From positions 93,930,001 through 93,994,000 of the forward strand of contig OX597819.1 of the NCBI GenBank assembly GCA_951406725.2: a DNA stretch of 64,000 nt. The letters are read 5' to 3'. Each line of letters begins with the position of its first letter. Position 1 is the stretch's first letter. Positions 51,732 to 64,000 of this stretch are shown here, one piece after another. The stretch comes from Octopus vulgaris. Lineage: Eukaryota. The notes below the pieces were generated by a model. The model ran no database searches and was not told the DNA's origin. It was given only the letters and a program-made list of their open reading frames with translations. A program made the translations under genes and the position numbers.

Positions 51732-51945
51732 ATGAGTAGTTGAGTCTATGTTTGGTCATAGAGTGGACCAATGGTTTTTACATCCACAAAGTCTCATCAG
51801 ACTCTAAAGCTGAAGTCAAAAGTAACTCATGTCACATCTGGCTAAGGCTTTTGTGGATGTGAAACCATTGGTCACTCTATGACTGGACATAGACTCTGCT
51901 ACTTATAAATGCATTACTGCTTTATGTTTAGTGCTCCTTTTTCAG
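51732..51945. mobile_element. Fold-back insertion with hammerhead (51760-51805, minus strand)
   Basis: Arms 51732-51794 and 51845-51906 are inverted. Minus strand AGAGT-CTGATGA-gactttgtggatgt-aAAAA-CCATTGG-TC-c-ACTCT; the other arm retains GAAACCATTGGTCACTCT. Confidence 0.72.
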
Positions 51946-53026
51946 ATAGATGATGTATACACACACACACACATGCAACTGGTTTCCACATAGTTTCCAT
52001 CTGCCAGATTTACTCATAAGTCATTGGTCAGCCAGGGGTTATAGTAGAAGATTCTTTCCCAAGGTTCCACACAGTAGAAGTGAACCAGCAACCACATGGT
52101 TGCAAAGCAAGCATCTTAACCACACAGCTATGCCTAAGTTTAGCTACATCATTATCAATATCGAGTAGTTTCCCCCCCCCCCCAAATACAGATAACCTGA
52201 TGGTGTCTGTCTAATTTCTACGTATGTTGGGGGCTCACTGGTGTCTTCTCTCTTATGAGAGGTTCTTCTATTCTTTGGCAGGTTTATATTTTATTTCAAT
52301 TTGCTTCTGTTCCACATTTATTTTTACACAGTAAACTGGGTGAGGATTAATGTCAGATTGGCTGCTGACTGTCTAATCATGTAAGAGATTGTACTGGGCT
52401 ACATAGAAGTTAAATGGAAGCATATATAATCAGACATACCTTTACCATATAAATACTTCCTATTTCCCATTTTCAGGTGAACCTTATTAATAAGTAGTAG
52501 CGCTGTTGTTGTTATTGTTGTGTTGTTGTTGTCGTTGTTGTTTTAGCCTCAAGTCGGCTTTCAATGGGCAAATCTATGATCAAAACCATCCAGCTATGCC
52601 TATCCCCACATAGAAATATATTATACTGTAACCTTTCTCATACTTTATGAAAAATGAGATGTGGTTTGAGATGCTTTGTCTCCTAATTCTTGCGGGTCAG
52701 ATGTGCAAGAGACAATGTATTCATTTGTATGTGTGTGTGTGTGTGTGTGTGTGTAGGTGTGGGAATAAGCTTGCTTTCCAACCACATGGTTTGGAGCTCA
52801 GTCCCAGTGTGGCACTTTGGGCAAGTGTCTTCTACTATAGCCGCAGGGCAACTAAAGCCTTAGAGTGCATCTGGTTATTAGAAACTGAAAGAAGCATCCA
52901 GCTGTAGAAACACTGCCAGATCAGACTGGAGCCTGGTGCAGCCTCCTGGCTTCCCAGACCCCTGTCGAACCGTCCAACTCGTGCTAGCACGGAAAACGGA
53001 TGTTAAATGATGATGATGATGACGTC

Positions 53027-53357
53027 TTCTCATGTATATACTTGTATATCCAAACATGGTCATATATACTTAAATGACAAACTTCTAGAACGTTTTACAG
53101 ATTTTTACAGTTCCAGTGATGGCTTGCATCTATAGTCTTCGAATCAGCTTTCTCCTTTCTGGTTTTGAGAAGCCTAATTTCTCAAGATCGGTATTTAGGC
53201 AGTGTATTACATATCCCTGGGCCTCAATAGTTACAGGTATAAACCTGTACTTGTAATCTGGACAGAGAAACTGTAAATTTCTCAATAGGTCAACATAGGC
53301 ATTCTCTTTTTCATTGATCTTCAGCTTTATGTTAATATCTGCTGGGCAGCTGATTCT
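53027..53357 (-). mobile_element. RLE-type (R4-like) LINE 3' fragment: restriction-like endonuclease C-terminus
   Basis: ISCPADINIKLKINEKENAYVDLLRNLQFLCPDYKYRFIPVTIEAQGYV...QAITGTVKICKTF matches RLE motifs CPxDxN...EKxxKYxxL...IPIxIGAxG. The 5' end abuts (CATA)n. Confidence 0.8.
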
Positions 53358-54282
53358 ATGTATGTGTGTATGCATGTATGTATGTATGTATGAATGTATG
53401 TATGCATGCATGTATGTATGTATGTATGTATGTATGTATGTATGTATGTATGTATGTATGTATGTATGTATGTATGTATGTATGTATGTATGTATTCATG
53501 CATGCATGCATGTATGAAGGAAGGAAGGAATGAATGGATGAATGAATGAATGAATGAATGAATTAATTAATTAATTAATGATCAGCATCATTTAATGTCT
53601 GTTATCCCTGCTGGCAAGAGTTGGTTGGTCGGACAGAGTTGGCAAACCAGAGGACTGCACCAAGCTCTATTGACAACTTTTGTCATGGATTCTATGGCTG
53701 GATATCCATCCTAACACCAACCACTTAACAGAGTATACTAGATGATTTTTTTTTATATGTCATCATTATCATTATCATAATTGTTTTCCAAGCTTGCATG
53801 GGTCAGATGGAAATACTCATTTACAACCACCTCAAGATGTCAAGACAAGGATACTCATAAGTACACACATGCAAACGTACATATATATATATATATACAT
53901 ATGCCATGTAAAAAGCACTCAGTCTACTGTATAGGGTGGTTGGCATTAGGAAGGATGCCTACCTATAAGAAACATGCCAAAACAGTGAATCCTGGTGCAG
54001 TCTTCTGGCTTGCCAGCTTCTGCAAACCGTCCAACCCATGCCAGCATGAAAAGCAAATGTTAAATGATGATGACGATGATGATCATGATGATATGTGATG
54101 GGCTTCTTTCAGATCCATGCACAAGATTTTGGTCTGCCCAAAGCTGTGGTAAAAGACACTTGTCCTAGGTGCCATGCCATAAGGACTGAATCTGAGACAT
54201 GATGGTTAAGAAGAAAGCTTCTGAATCACAGAGTCATGCCTACATCTTTACATATATAGATGTATACATATACACATATATA

Positions 54283-54337
<55 letters not shown>

Positions 54338-55967
54338 GAGAAATAAATGTTAGATATTAGAAACTGATTACAAAGAAAGATTAAGATTTTGTGAAATGTG
54401 AGGAAAATTACATCAGCTGGTGGCTCGTGGTGATCAGATCACAACAGTGAAGTCAGCCAATGAAAATGCCAAACAAGGCAGTTATCCTAAGTCTTAAAAG
54501 TAATAGGGCAGAGTAACAAGAGGCTATCAATCGGACACATCTAACGCAAGCCAAACCAGCATGTTAAGAGTTAAAACAGTCATAAAAATGATAAATATCA
54601 TTAGCTGCTCTTGTAGAATCATCCTTGTTTTCTCTCACCATTGCACCTACCTTCTTTACATTTCACTATCATGTTTCCTCAGATATGTTCAAACATATCC
54701 CATTCTCTATCATAATAACCTATCATGACCAACACCATCATTTGTGTTGCTTACTCTTTGCTATCACTGCTGTTATCATTACCACTGCTACTACTATTAT
54801 CGTCATCGATATTATCAATATCATCATCTTCATTATCATTATCATCATTGTTAACTACATCAGCGGTAAAGTCCTTCTCTTCATCACCATTCTCCTCTTC
54901 ATCATCATCATCATTTTTCCCAATTACCAACACTACCATCGCCATTTCCACTATCATTTTCATAATCATATCCTTTCTGATACTACTAATACTACTACTA
55001 CTGCCACCACCACCACCACCACCACTACCGCTATAGTATTATGACCATCATTATTAACACTGCGATCATTTACCATCACACTCATCTGTTATTAATTTCC
55101 TTCTTTATATATTTTCCCTCTTTACAGTTTTTAACATCAATATTTGGTCCTGTATCAATTCTTCCCCTATCCATCCCTTCTGCCTCCTTCTCTTACTATC
55201 AGCATTTCTTTAAAAAAAAAAATCAATCTTCAGAAAGTTTCAATAAAACTCAAGTCATTGACAGCCCCCAAAAGTTAATTTTCTTTTCATTTTTTTCTTT
55301 TTATTATTTATTCTCTCTCTTTCTTTTCATTTTTAATCAATCATTGCCTTAGATCAATCCTCTGGCTTGAAATCAATTTTTATTCTATTTTATTTTATAC
55401 ACTTTCATTTTATCATTTTTTTTTTTAGCCAATTTCAAGTTTTATACAAAATTAATTGTTGACTTACAGACTTGTACCAAAATGAAACTTTTGCCAAAAA
55501 CACCCAGTCCCTGGATTTAAACTTTCATTAAAATTGATTCCATTCATTCATTATTTGATTGTAAAATATATCATAATGATTTATTTACAATTTCTTTTAT
55601 TTATTGTAACTATTATTTTTTATTTTAGTTAAGCAGAACTAAAAAAAATTTTGCTTTTTTAAAAAATGTCATAAGTTACACAACTAAAGTAACTAAAGAA
55701 CTTTTTTCTTTTTTTTCTTTTTTTCTTGAGAGAGAGATTTTAGTTAGCAACAAGCTGTGCTGAAAATAGATAATTTAATAAATCCTGGCAGAAAATTAAG
55801 TAAGAAGCTAGAGAATATTGCCAAAAGATAATTTTCTGACACAAGAAACAAAATTGTTCTTCACACGTTTAAACATTGTTTCATTAAAGCAGATAAAATG
55901 GATTCAATCAAACCAAGTAACTGACAGTTTACTTAACCTGTCTGGCACTTGCTTTTGGGCTGTTTGG

Positions 55968-56004
<37 letters not shown>

Positions 56005-56409
56005 TTACATATAGATAGAGAGATAGATACATATATACATATGTATGTATATACATATATATAGCATACATCATCATCATTGTTTAGCATCATATATATG
56101 TGTGTGTGTGTGTGTAGCTATGTATGTATGTATATGTATACATATATGTACATATATATATTTATCTATCTATATCTATCTATCTATCTATCTATCTATC
56201 TCTCTCTCTATATATATATATATATCTATACATATACACATATATATATACATATATTTATGTGTATGTGTGTATGTATGTATGTATTTATGTATGTATG
56301 TATGTATGTATGTATGTATGTATGTATGTATGTATGTATGTATGTTAGCTTTAACATTTAGCATTTAATTAGGTATGTCTTGTTTTCAATAACAATATGG
56401 AAGTTAGGT

Positions 56410-56998
56410 CATCATCATTATCATTTTTTTTACATCCACTTTTCCCATGCTAGCATGGGTCAGTTGAAACCTCTTGAGTAGAAGTCTATGGTCAGTTACC
56501 CTTTCTGAAGCCAACATTTACATGTTTTCAAGTAAGGTACCTTATTCCACTAGTCTTCATGTATCAAACTGCTGTATACCTCCATTAACTCACTTCTGAT
56601 CTACTTGTCTCTCTCCTTTTCATCAAACTTCTTCTTCCAGTCCTGCACTGGTCACTGTGCTCAGTGTCTCCTTCTCAGAAGGAATTTTTTCTTTGCATAT
56701 ATCTTTTCCTGCAAAGATTCAAGTGGAACATTAATGACATCTATCTCACCAGCCTAGGAAATTAGTGCTTCAAATTCTACTGTGGCATAGAAGTCTTCTT
56801 GGGTACAGCAAGGAGCCAGATAACTTGGTCCTTTGTCATCTCCTTCATAAGGCTCAGTGTCTTGAGATCAGCCTTCAGTGCTTCATCCCATGTCTTCCTG
56901 GCTCACCCTCTTCCCTAAGTTCCATCCACTTTAAATGACTGGCACTTCTGTATGCAACTGTTTATATCCTTACTCATCACATGACCAAACCAGTGCAC
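56410..56998 (-). mobile_element. RTE LINE 3' fragment
   Basis: HWFGHVMSKDINSCIQKCQSFKVDGT*GRG*ARKTWDEALKADLKTLSLMKEMTKD (56792-56998) plus a degenerate tail near 56410. Confidence 0.8.
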
Positions 56999-57127
56999 AT
57001 ATTAAATATGAGAACAAATTCAGAGGCTTGATTTTATTCTAAGAGTACAGAAGTTCAATATCAGTTTGGAGGTTAGACATTTCTACAAATTCAAACAATT
57101 ATCTTAATATAATTGTTGTTGTTGTTA

Positions 57128-58000
57128 AGGCAGTAAGCTGGCAGAATTATTAGCACACTGGGCAAAAAACTTAGCAGCATTTCAAATTCCACCAAGATGA
57201 ACTTTGCCTATCATCTTTTTGAAGTCACTAAAATAAGTACCAGCTGAGCACTAGGATCAATGTAATCAATTAGGTCCCGCCTTTAAAATTTCAAGCCTTG
57301 TGCCTATAGTAGAAAGAATTGTTGTTTAGCTCAGATCATCCCTGATAACGTAAGATGTACAACAATCAAAGGCATTCTAGTCATGACCAAACTACCTATT
57401 TTTTTCAGACATTGTGTCTTATCAATGTGTGGGTGAAGGTGAGAATGTAGAGTTTGATTTGAGGGATATTTGGCTGCTATTTCTAGAAAATCAAGCAAAT
57501 ATACAGAGGCTCATAATAGCAGATAGCATGTAGTTTGTAACCCCTTTTTAAGCAACTATTTAGAAATTTGTTGCTGACTTTTGATCTCTTATAAGATTTT
57601 ACCTACATGCATAGTAAAATACCATCAATGACAATTAAGTAAAGTATTTCACACAAGAAAAAAATTACTTCAGTTCGATCCATTATCAAATATTTTAAAT
57701 GTTTTTTTTTTTTAATTATTAGAAAATATTGCAGCCATGTATATTGCTGTAAACTATTGTTAGTCAATATAGGAATCTCTATAAGGTGATGAGCTGGCAG
57801 AAATGTTAGCATGCCAGGCAAAATACTTAGCAGTATTTTGTCTGTCTTTACGTTATGAATTCAAATTCCGCCAAGGTCGACATTGCCTTTCATCCTTTCA
57901 GGGTCAATAAATTACATACCAGTTGTGTACTGGGGTCGATCTAATCGACTGCCCCCCCCTCCCCCAAAATCTCAGACTTTGTGCCTAGAATAGAAAAGAA
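57128..58000 (+). mobile_element. Two SINE A-related copies (57128-57320, 57783-58000)
   Basis: gagctggcagaa...ttcaaattcc...gcctttcatcc motifs. Confidence 0.75.
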
Positions 58001-60272
58001 CATAGGAATTTCTACATAAGTCACTTAAACCTATGAGAAGTAATAGTTATTAATTACACACTACCATCTTTTAAAAAGCAAAGGTTACATTGAAATTTTA
58101 TTTAATTATCTCAGTTGTTTTCACAACAGAACTACATGTCTTTTGTTGGTTTAACCTTTTTCTGACCATATTTCTAATGAAATTTATGGGTGGAGTGACT
58201 CTGCACCACGTTTGCTGTCATTTGAAAGATATTTGACTGCTATTACTAGTAAGTCAAGTAAACACACACAGAGGCTTCCAAGAACAAATAGTTTGTCACT
58301 TGTAACATCTTTTTTAGAAACTGCCTACACATTTCAGCTAATTTTGGGAAATAATCAAGAATTTAGAGTAATTTTGTAAAGTAATTAACTTTGTAATTAT
58401 TAAGTTGATGTTTAGAACATAATCTAAGAAATCAAACTGATTGAGTCCAACCCATGTCTGCATGGAAAACAGATGTTAAACGACAATGACGGCGGTGGCA
58501 GCGATGATGGTGGCAGCGGTGGCGGCAACAGCGATGACAATGACAATGATGATGATGACGACGACAACGATGGAGGATAGAATTACTTATGGTATCTGTT
58601 CTAAATCATTGTGCTCTGATTTCAAAACTTACCAGCATCAACTTTGCCTTTCATCTTTTTAAATAGATAAAGGAGCTGGCAAGGCCAGGTGCAGCACCAA
58701 CATCCCAAACAGACAATGGAACCTGATGTTGCTCCTGGTCTTGCCAGCTCCTGTCAAACTGTCCAACCCATGACAGCATGGAAAACGGACATTAAATGAT
58801 GATGATGATGATGATGATGACGATGACGACGACGACGACGACGACGAAGAAGAAGAAGAAGAAGAAGAAGAAGAAGAAGAAGAAGAAGAAGAAGAAGAAG
58901 AAGAAGAAGAAGAAGAAAGGGACTGTGACTTAGAGCATAAAGCATGATTTCCTGTCGTGTCTGTTTCATTTCTATGTGTTCCAAGTTCAAATCCTGCCTC
59001 CTGACTCTTGAAAACCATAATAATAATATCAATGACACTTTTATCAGGAGTTGCAGCCAACTGATAGTATCAGTTACTGAAAAACCAATGGAAATATAAT
59101 TTCCTTGGTGTAATCAAATCAACTGGGATGCAACACAAATGGCAGAACATAAGAAAGGGTCCTTACATAAATATATATTGGAAGTTTTTAATCTAAATAT
59201 TATAATACTTTAAAAACAAGTATCACTGAAATAGGAGGCAGTCTCAAACAAGTTGGCCTCAAGTGTTTTAAATGTAACTAAAAGGTTTTTCAGTCTGTTT
59301 GAATTTTAAGTGTATAGCTTACTCAAATGTGGTGAAGGTGACTTGATACAATTTTCAACAAGAGCTTAATACGTTTATGAAAACTTAACCAACAAGAGTA
59401 TCTCAACAAGGCCATTTGAGCTATTAGAAATAGCAATCAAATCTCCCTCAAAATACACATTACTATCTTGAAAAGAGAAGACATATTAAGTTTTAGAGTC
59501 CAAGATAGTACAATGCTTGAGAAAAACAGGATGGTCCCAGGTGAACTAACATTGATCATAGGTTTACTGGCTTAATTTTTACCCTCAACAAAACACAAAA
59601 TATCTTTGCTTAAGAGTTTAACAAATAAGAAATAACATCCTATTGTAGCTCAACATTCATACAGAGATTATAAAACTAGAAATTAATAACAATAAAGATT
59701 AAGTGAACCAAAAGCAAATCAAAGCTAAAATGTTGTCATTTTAAGCCCTCATTGTCATTAGCCTTTTTCCTTTCAGTTATCTTTATGCTAATTATCCTCC
59801 AAGTCGTTATTTGAATTGGCCAATTGGTAGGTGGTTTTCATTTAAAAATCTATCTATTCTTGCAGTCGTTCTAAAGTCGAGTAGTATTAGTCAGACTATG
59901 ATTCTCTGAGAAGATCTATCATGAATGGAATATGTAATACTCCCTACTCCTATTCAGTTTAAACACTCATTCTCCGACTGTATTTTCCATCAATTTAGAT
60001 TTCTTAGTGTTCTCCTTTGTCTTTCTTAACAGGAATTATCATTAATGCTAATATTTTTCTTTTCATTATGAGTATAATTTTGATTGTTTAAATATATTTT
60101 ATTAGACCAGTTTAAGTACATTCTAATGTACTTAAAATGGCCTAATACATTATTAGACCAATTTAAGTACTTGACTAATAGTATATTGTCTGTTTTAAAG
60201 GATAGCTAACTGATTTGGATTGCCCAGTAACAATTTAATATAAATTGTCTATCTTGTTTCTTTCTACTGCAG

Positions 60273-60458
60273 CATCATAGAACTTGCACAAGACGGTGCT
60301 GGTGGTTTATCAGTTTTACGTACATTCAGATTACTGAGGATTCTGAAATTGGTACGCTTCCTTCCTGCACTCCGAAGACAACTCATCGTCATGTTAAGAA
60401 CCATGGATAATGTTGCTACTTTCTTTGCACTACTTATTTTATTTATGTTTATATTCAG
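60273..60458 (+). CDS. Cav3: Cav3 exon, domain II end of S3, S4 voltage sensor, start of S5 (186 nt)
   Basis: Acceptor ctgcAG (60271-60272) and donor AG|gtaagt. Translates (S)[61 protein letters not shown](S). [10 protein letters not shown] and TMDNVATF are Cav3 domain II motifs; S4 has R/K at every third residue. Confidence 0.98.
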
Positions 60459-60983
60459 GTAAGTTATTTAATTTAAACTATATTTGGTTCACCATGAATC
60501 TTCATTCCTTGTTTCCATTTAATGTTAAATATTTTTTTTTCCATTTCACATTAGACTTTATATTAAATTTCAACAAAATTGTTATAATGTTCCTTTCATA
60601 CACAAACATCATTTGCTTAAATTAAGTTGAAGATATTTTTTTAATAGCTACATGATTACCAAGGTTCTCAATTTTATAGTGCTTTTTATTCATATATGTT
60701 TTTCTATTACTCTTTTACATTAAATCTCCCGCTCTTCCTCTTTCTCTCTCCCTACTACTGCTAATACATAGATACACTCTAACACACATGCATAAGGTAG
60801 ATAGGAATTTTATTTAAGTATCTGAGATAAGTTATTGTTCATGAGATTATAATTTGGGGTAGAGTTACCTTCATCTTTTAGAGATGAATATTCTCCATTT
60901 CTTTTTTTTTTCTTATCTATTTCTTTACTATGTTTCAGTTGATTTTTATCTCTGTCATGAAGTATCTTATGTCAAGATGCATG

Positions 60984-62087
60984 TACGAGGGGGTACTCAA
61001 AAGAAACCAGAATTTTGAAATATTATTTTATTCACTTATTTTTACATGTTCTCACTTTTATTGGCTTCAAAGTATTCTCCATTTCAAGCAATGCCTTAGC
61101 CAAGAAGCACTTCCCACTATTCGAAGCAGTCCTGGAATCCTTACAAAGTGGTGCCTTCTAATGCCCCCATCATCTTTTCTTTCACCTCTTCCACATCTGC
61201 AAAACATTTTACTTTAAGAACTTTTTTCATTCAGTAAAATGTCTGGTTAACTGTTTGACCAGGAGGAACAAATGCTAGGTGGACAATTCCTTTCACATTG
61301 ATGAAACAAACCAACATCATCTTGACACTAGACTTTACTTGACACACTTTTTGGGGGGTATGGTGACATTGAATGCTTCCATTAACTCGATTGCTGCTTT
61401 GTTTCTGGATCGTAGCCGTAGCACCAGCTTTTGTCACCACAAAGGTTCAGATCAACTTCCAACTGTTCTTTCAGTTCATGACACACATGACTGTTTTTGA
61501 TCCTCCATGAGCAAGTGAGGCACACATTTTGCTGCAACTCTTTTCATTCACAATTCCTCATTCAAAATTCGTTGGCAGGAGCTTCAGGACACACCAGTCA
61601 TATCAATAAATTTGTCAATTGTTCGGTGATGGTCCTCTATGTTCGGTTCATTAATTTTCATGATTCTTTCATTCATTTGGGAGGTTGTTGGTTGCCCTAA
61701 ATGAGGTTGGTCTTCAAGCAATAAGTGACCATTCCTAAAGCATGGAAACCACTCAGAAACTTGTTTTTCTCATGGCAGCGTTCTTATAAGCTATTTGAAA
61801 CAGGACAACTGTTTCAGCAGCTATTTTCCCCAGCAGAAAACAGAATTTCCTAGAAGTATGCTATCCCTTCTTTTCAGCCATCACAAAAATCGACAAACAG
61901 AGGAGAAACACTGCCAAACAAAGACGCACCAAGTGGCAGTAAGACTCCACTTGATGATGCCAGTTGGTAGACTGATGCCTGAGGGTTGCATCAAGTGGCT
62001 TCTACCAGCAGAAGCCTGAACCACAATTGTGGGACGATGGCTTGTCCAACAGAGAACATTCCAGTTACTTTCAGGTATCCCCTCATA
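60984..62087 (-). mobile_element. Mariner relic (irritans-like) with TIRs, internally deleted
   Basis: TIRs TACGAGGGGGTACTCAAAAGAAACCAGAAT and ATTCCAGTTACTTTCAGGTATCCCCTCATA. Minus-strand GDKSWCYGYDPETKQQS and KMMLVCFINVKGIVHLAFVPPGQTVNQTFY; the second and third catalytic Asp regions are missing. Confidence 0.9.
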
Positions 62088-63599
62088 TACTTTCAAATGG
62101 GTTTCAGAAACATCAAACTTTCCTTTGACTCTTTTATCTCACAGTTTAGATCTTAGTACATCATTAGTATCTTCATTATTTTATTGTCCACTTTTCCTTG
62201 ATTACATGAGTTAGACAAAATCAACAGCCAAATGCCCTTCCTGCTGCCAATCCTCACCTGTTTCCAAACAAGTTAATTCTTCCCAGTGGTTGGACATGTT
62301 TTCATGAAAGATTGAAAATGAAGGACACTATTTGCATGATGGAGACTCTAGTTTTACAACTGCCACATTGTGTCGAGTCAAGCAATAATACTGCACCAAA
62401 TGTTGGAGCATTACTTCTTTGATATTCTAATATAGCTTTGCAGATGATCAGCAACTGATAGGAGTTGTAGAATTTTCTGGTTCCTAAGAGAGGAAGACTC
62501 ATATCTGACATGCAACTTAGCACTTCTGTGTATACATATATAGGTTTGTGTGTGGAGGGAGTTGATCATCATGAATGAAATAACTTAGATAAGACTTCTT
62601 ATATATTTTCTTAAGCACTAATACAAATCAAGAACCTTGGTAGAAATTATAACACCCCCCCACTCCCATCCTAACCTTATCAGATATTTGTTACAGCAGG
62701 ACTTAACCACTTCACCTTTACCTTAAATTTAAATAGTTATGTCTAATATTAACCTGGTCACTATTGTACAAGTAAAGATCACAGGTCAAAACCCAATCCT
62801 AGCTAAGAAAGAATATGAAAATTGATACCATTGCATTCATGTGAGTTCTAAAAATGATATATCATTATGTAATATATTTTCTTAATATTTCAAATTTTGT
62901 TTTATTTTTGTTTTTATGTATTTGCTTCCTTAAAACCATTTTCTAATCAATGAAAAATAAAGATTCTCAGTTTGTTTCATTCAGTAAATAACACTTTACA
63001 GCATTTTTAGGAACAGCTATGCCTGTTAGATGGTGATGTACTGAGGGACATGCTATATTTTCTAGTAGACAAATCAATATAATTTACAGTGTGAACATGT
63101 ATCTATAAGCATTCAAACATCATCACTGTCTTTCAAAATCCTGTAACATTTCACATAGAATTTTTGGTCCTCCAAAGTTGTCTGGGTGTATAAATCAACC
63201 ATCTATTTTTTGGCCATGAATTTTGGTCTAAAAAATTTGACTTGTATACTGGAAAATGCAGTATGTGCAAACTTCTAAATATATTGAAAGTTGCTTCTAA
63301 ATTGGAGAAAGAAGGCAAAAACTTGAAACTAATAGTCACTCACCCTATGTCCTTGCTATTATTAAAATAAGGAAGATGACTTTAAGAAATTAAGAGTTAC
63401 TGTATATATTCATATATAAGTTGCTTTGTTTTATACTTGATTTTAAATGGAAATACTGTAGTGATACTTTATACATGAGGCAAAACTAAAACTATGAAAG
63501 GGAAAAAATTTGTACCAAGATTTAACACTAAAGTAGGGGTGTGACATATACATGAGTGTGATTTATGCATGGTTAAATACAGTGATATCTGTTATGTAG

Positions 63600-64000
63600 A
63601 AGTAATAAGCTGGAAGCTGACAGGATCATTAGCATACCAAGTAAAATGTTTAGTGGCAGTTCATCTGTCTTTACATTCTGAGTTCAAATTCCATTGAGGT
63701 TGACTTTGCCTTTCATCCTTTCAGTGTCAATAAAATAAATACTATTAGAGTTCTGGGGTTGAAGTAATTGACTAACCCCCTCCCCCGAAGTTGCAGGACT
63801 TGTACCAAAATTTGAAATCAATATTAGACATTGACTAAGGTGGCAAGCTGGCAGAATCATTAGCATGCTGGGCAAAGTGGTTAATGGCATTTTATCCATT
63901 TGTTCTGAGTTCAAATTCTACCAAAGTCGACTTTACATTTCATCATTTTAGGATTGATAAAATAAGTACCAGTGGATCACTGGGATTGATGTTAATCAAC
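63600..64000 (+). mobile_element. Two tandem SINE A-related copies
   Basis: About 63600-63830 and 63838 to the window end. Confidence 0.75.

Noticed and set aside
60410-60625. 71-aa ORF overlapping the S4 exon
   Set aside because: Wrong frame; the real coding frame is the spliced Cav3 exon.
63170-63584. Two possible Tc/pogo-like right-end fragments
   Set aside because: Same orientation, no partner TIR, and too degenerate to call.

Overview
AT-rich, microsatellite- and transposon-dense animal genomic DNA. It is most likely from Octopus, inferred from the SINE, RTE and Penelope repeat families rather than proven. The whole window lies inside one + strand gene, a T-type voltage-gated calcium channel (Cav3; CACNA1G/H/I-like). 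Four exons splice in frame: 5123-5335, 15546-15667, 48154-48305 and 60273-60458. They encode the end of the I-II linker and domain II S1 to the start of S5, with introns of about 10.2, 32.5 and 12.0 kb. The introns hold two mariner relics, a hAT-Charlie MITE, a non-autonomous Helitron, RTE, CR1/L2-like and R4/Dong-like LINE fragments, a decayed Penelope-like element (PLE) and dozens of SINEs. The most unusual signal is about 13 minimal type I hammerhead-ribozyme (HHR) motifs or half-motifs, spread over roughly 8 short repeat families. Several sit in fold-back insertions, and one is a tRNA-headed SINE-like element carrying a hammerhead. This points to a Penelope-dependent, ribozyme-bearing non-autonomous retroelement system. 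Also notable are an RLE-type LINE associated with (CATA)n repeats, a frame-symmetric linker exon and candidate recursive splice sites. Almost all ORFs in the supplied track are microsatellite artefacts. Everything was read by eye; repeat boundaries are approximate and no database searches were run.
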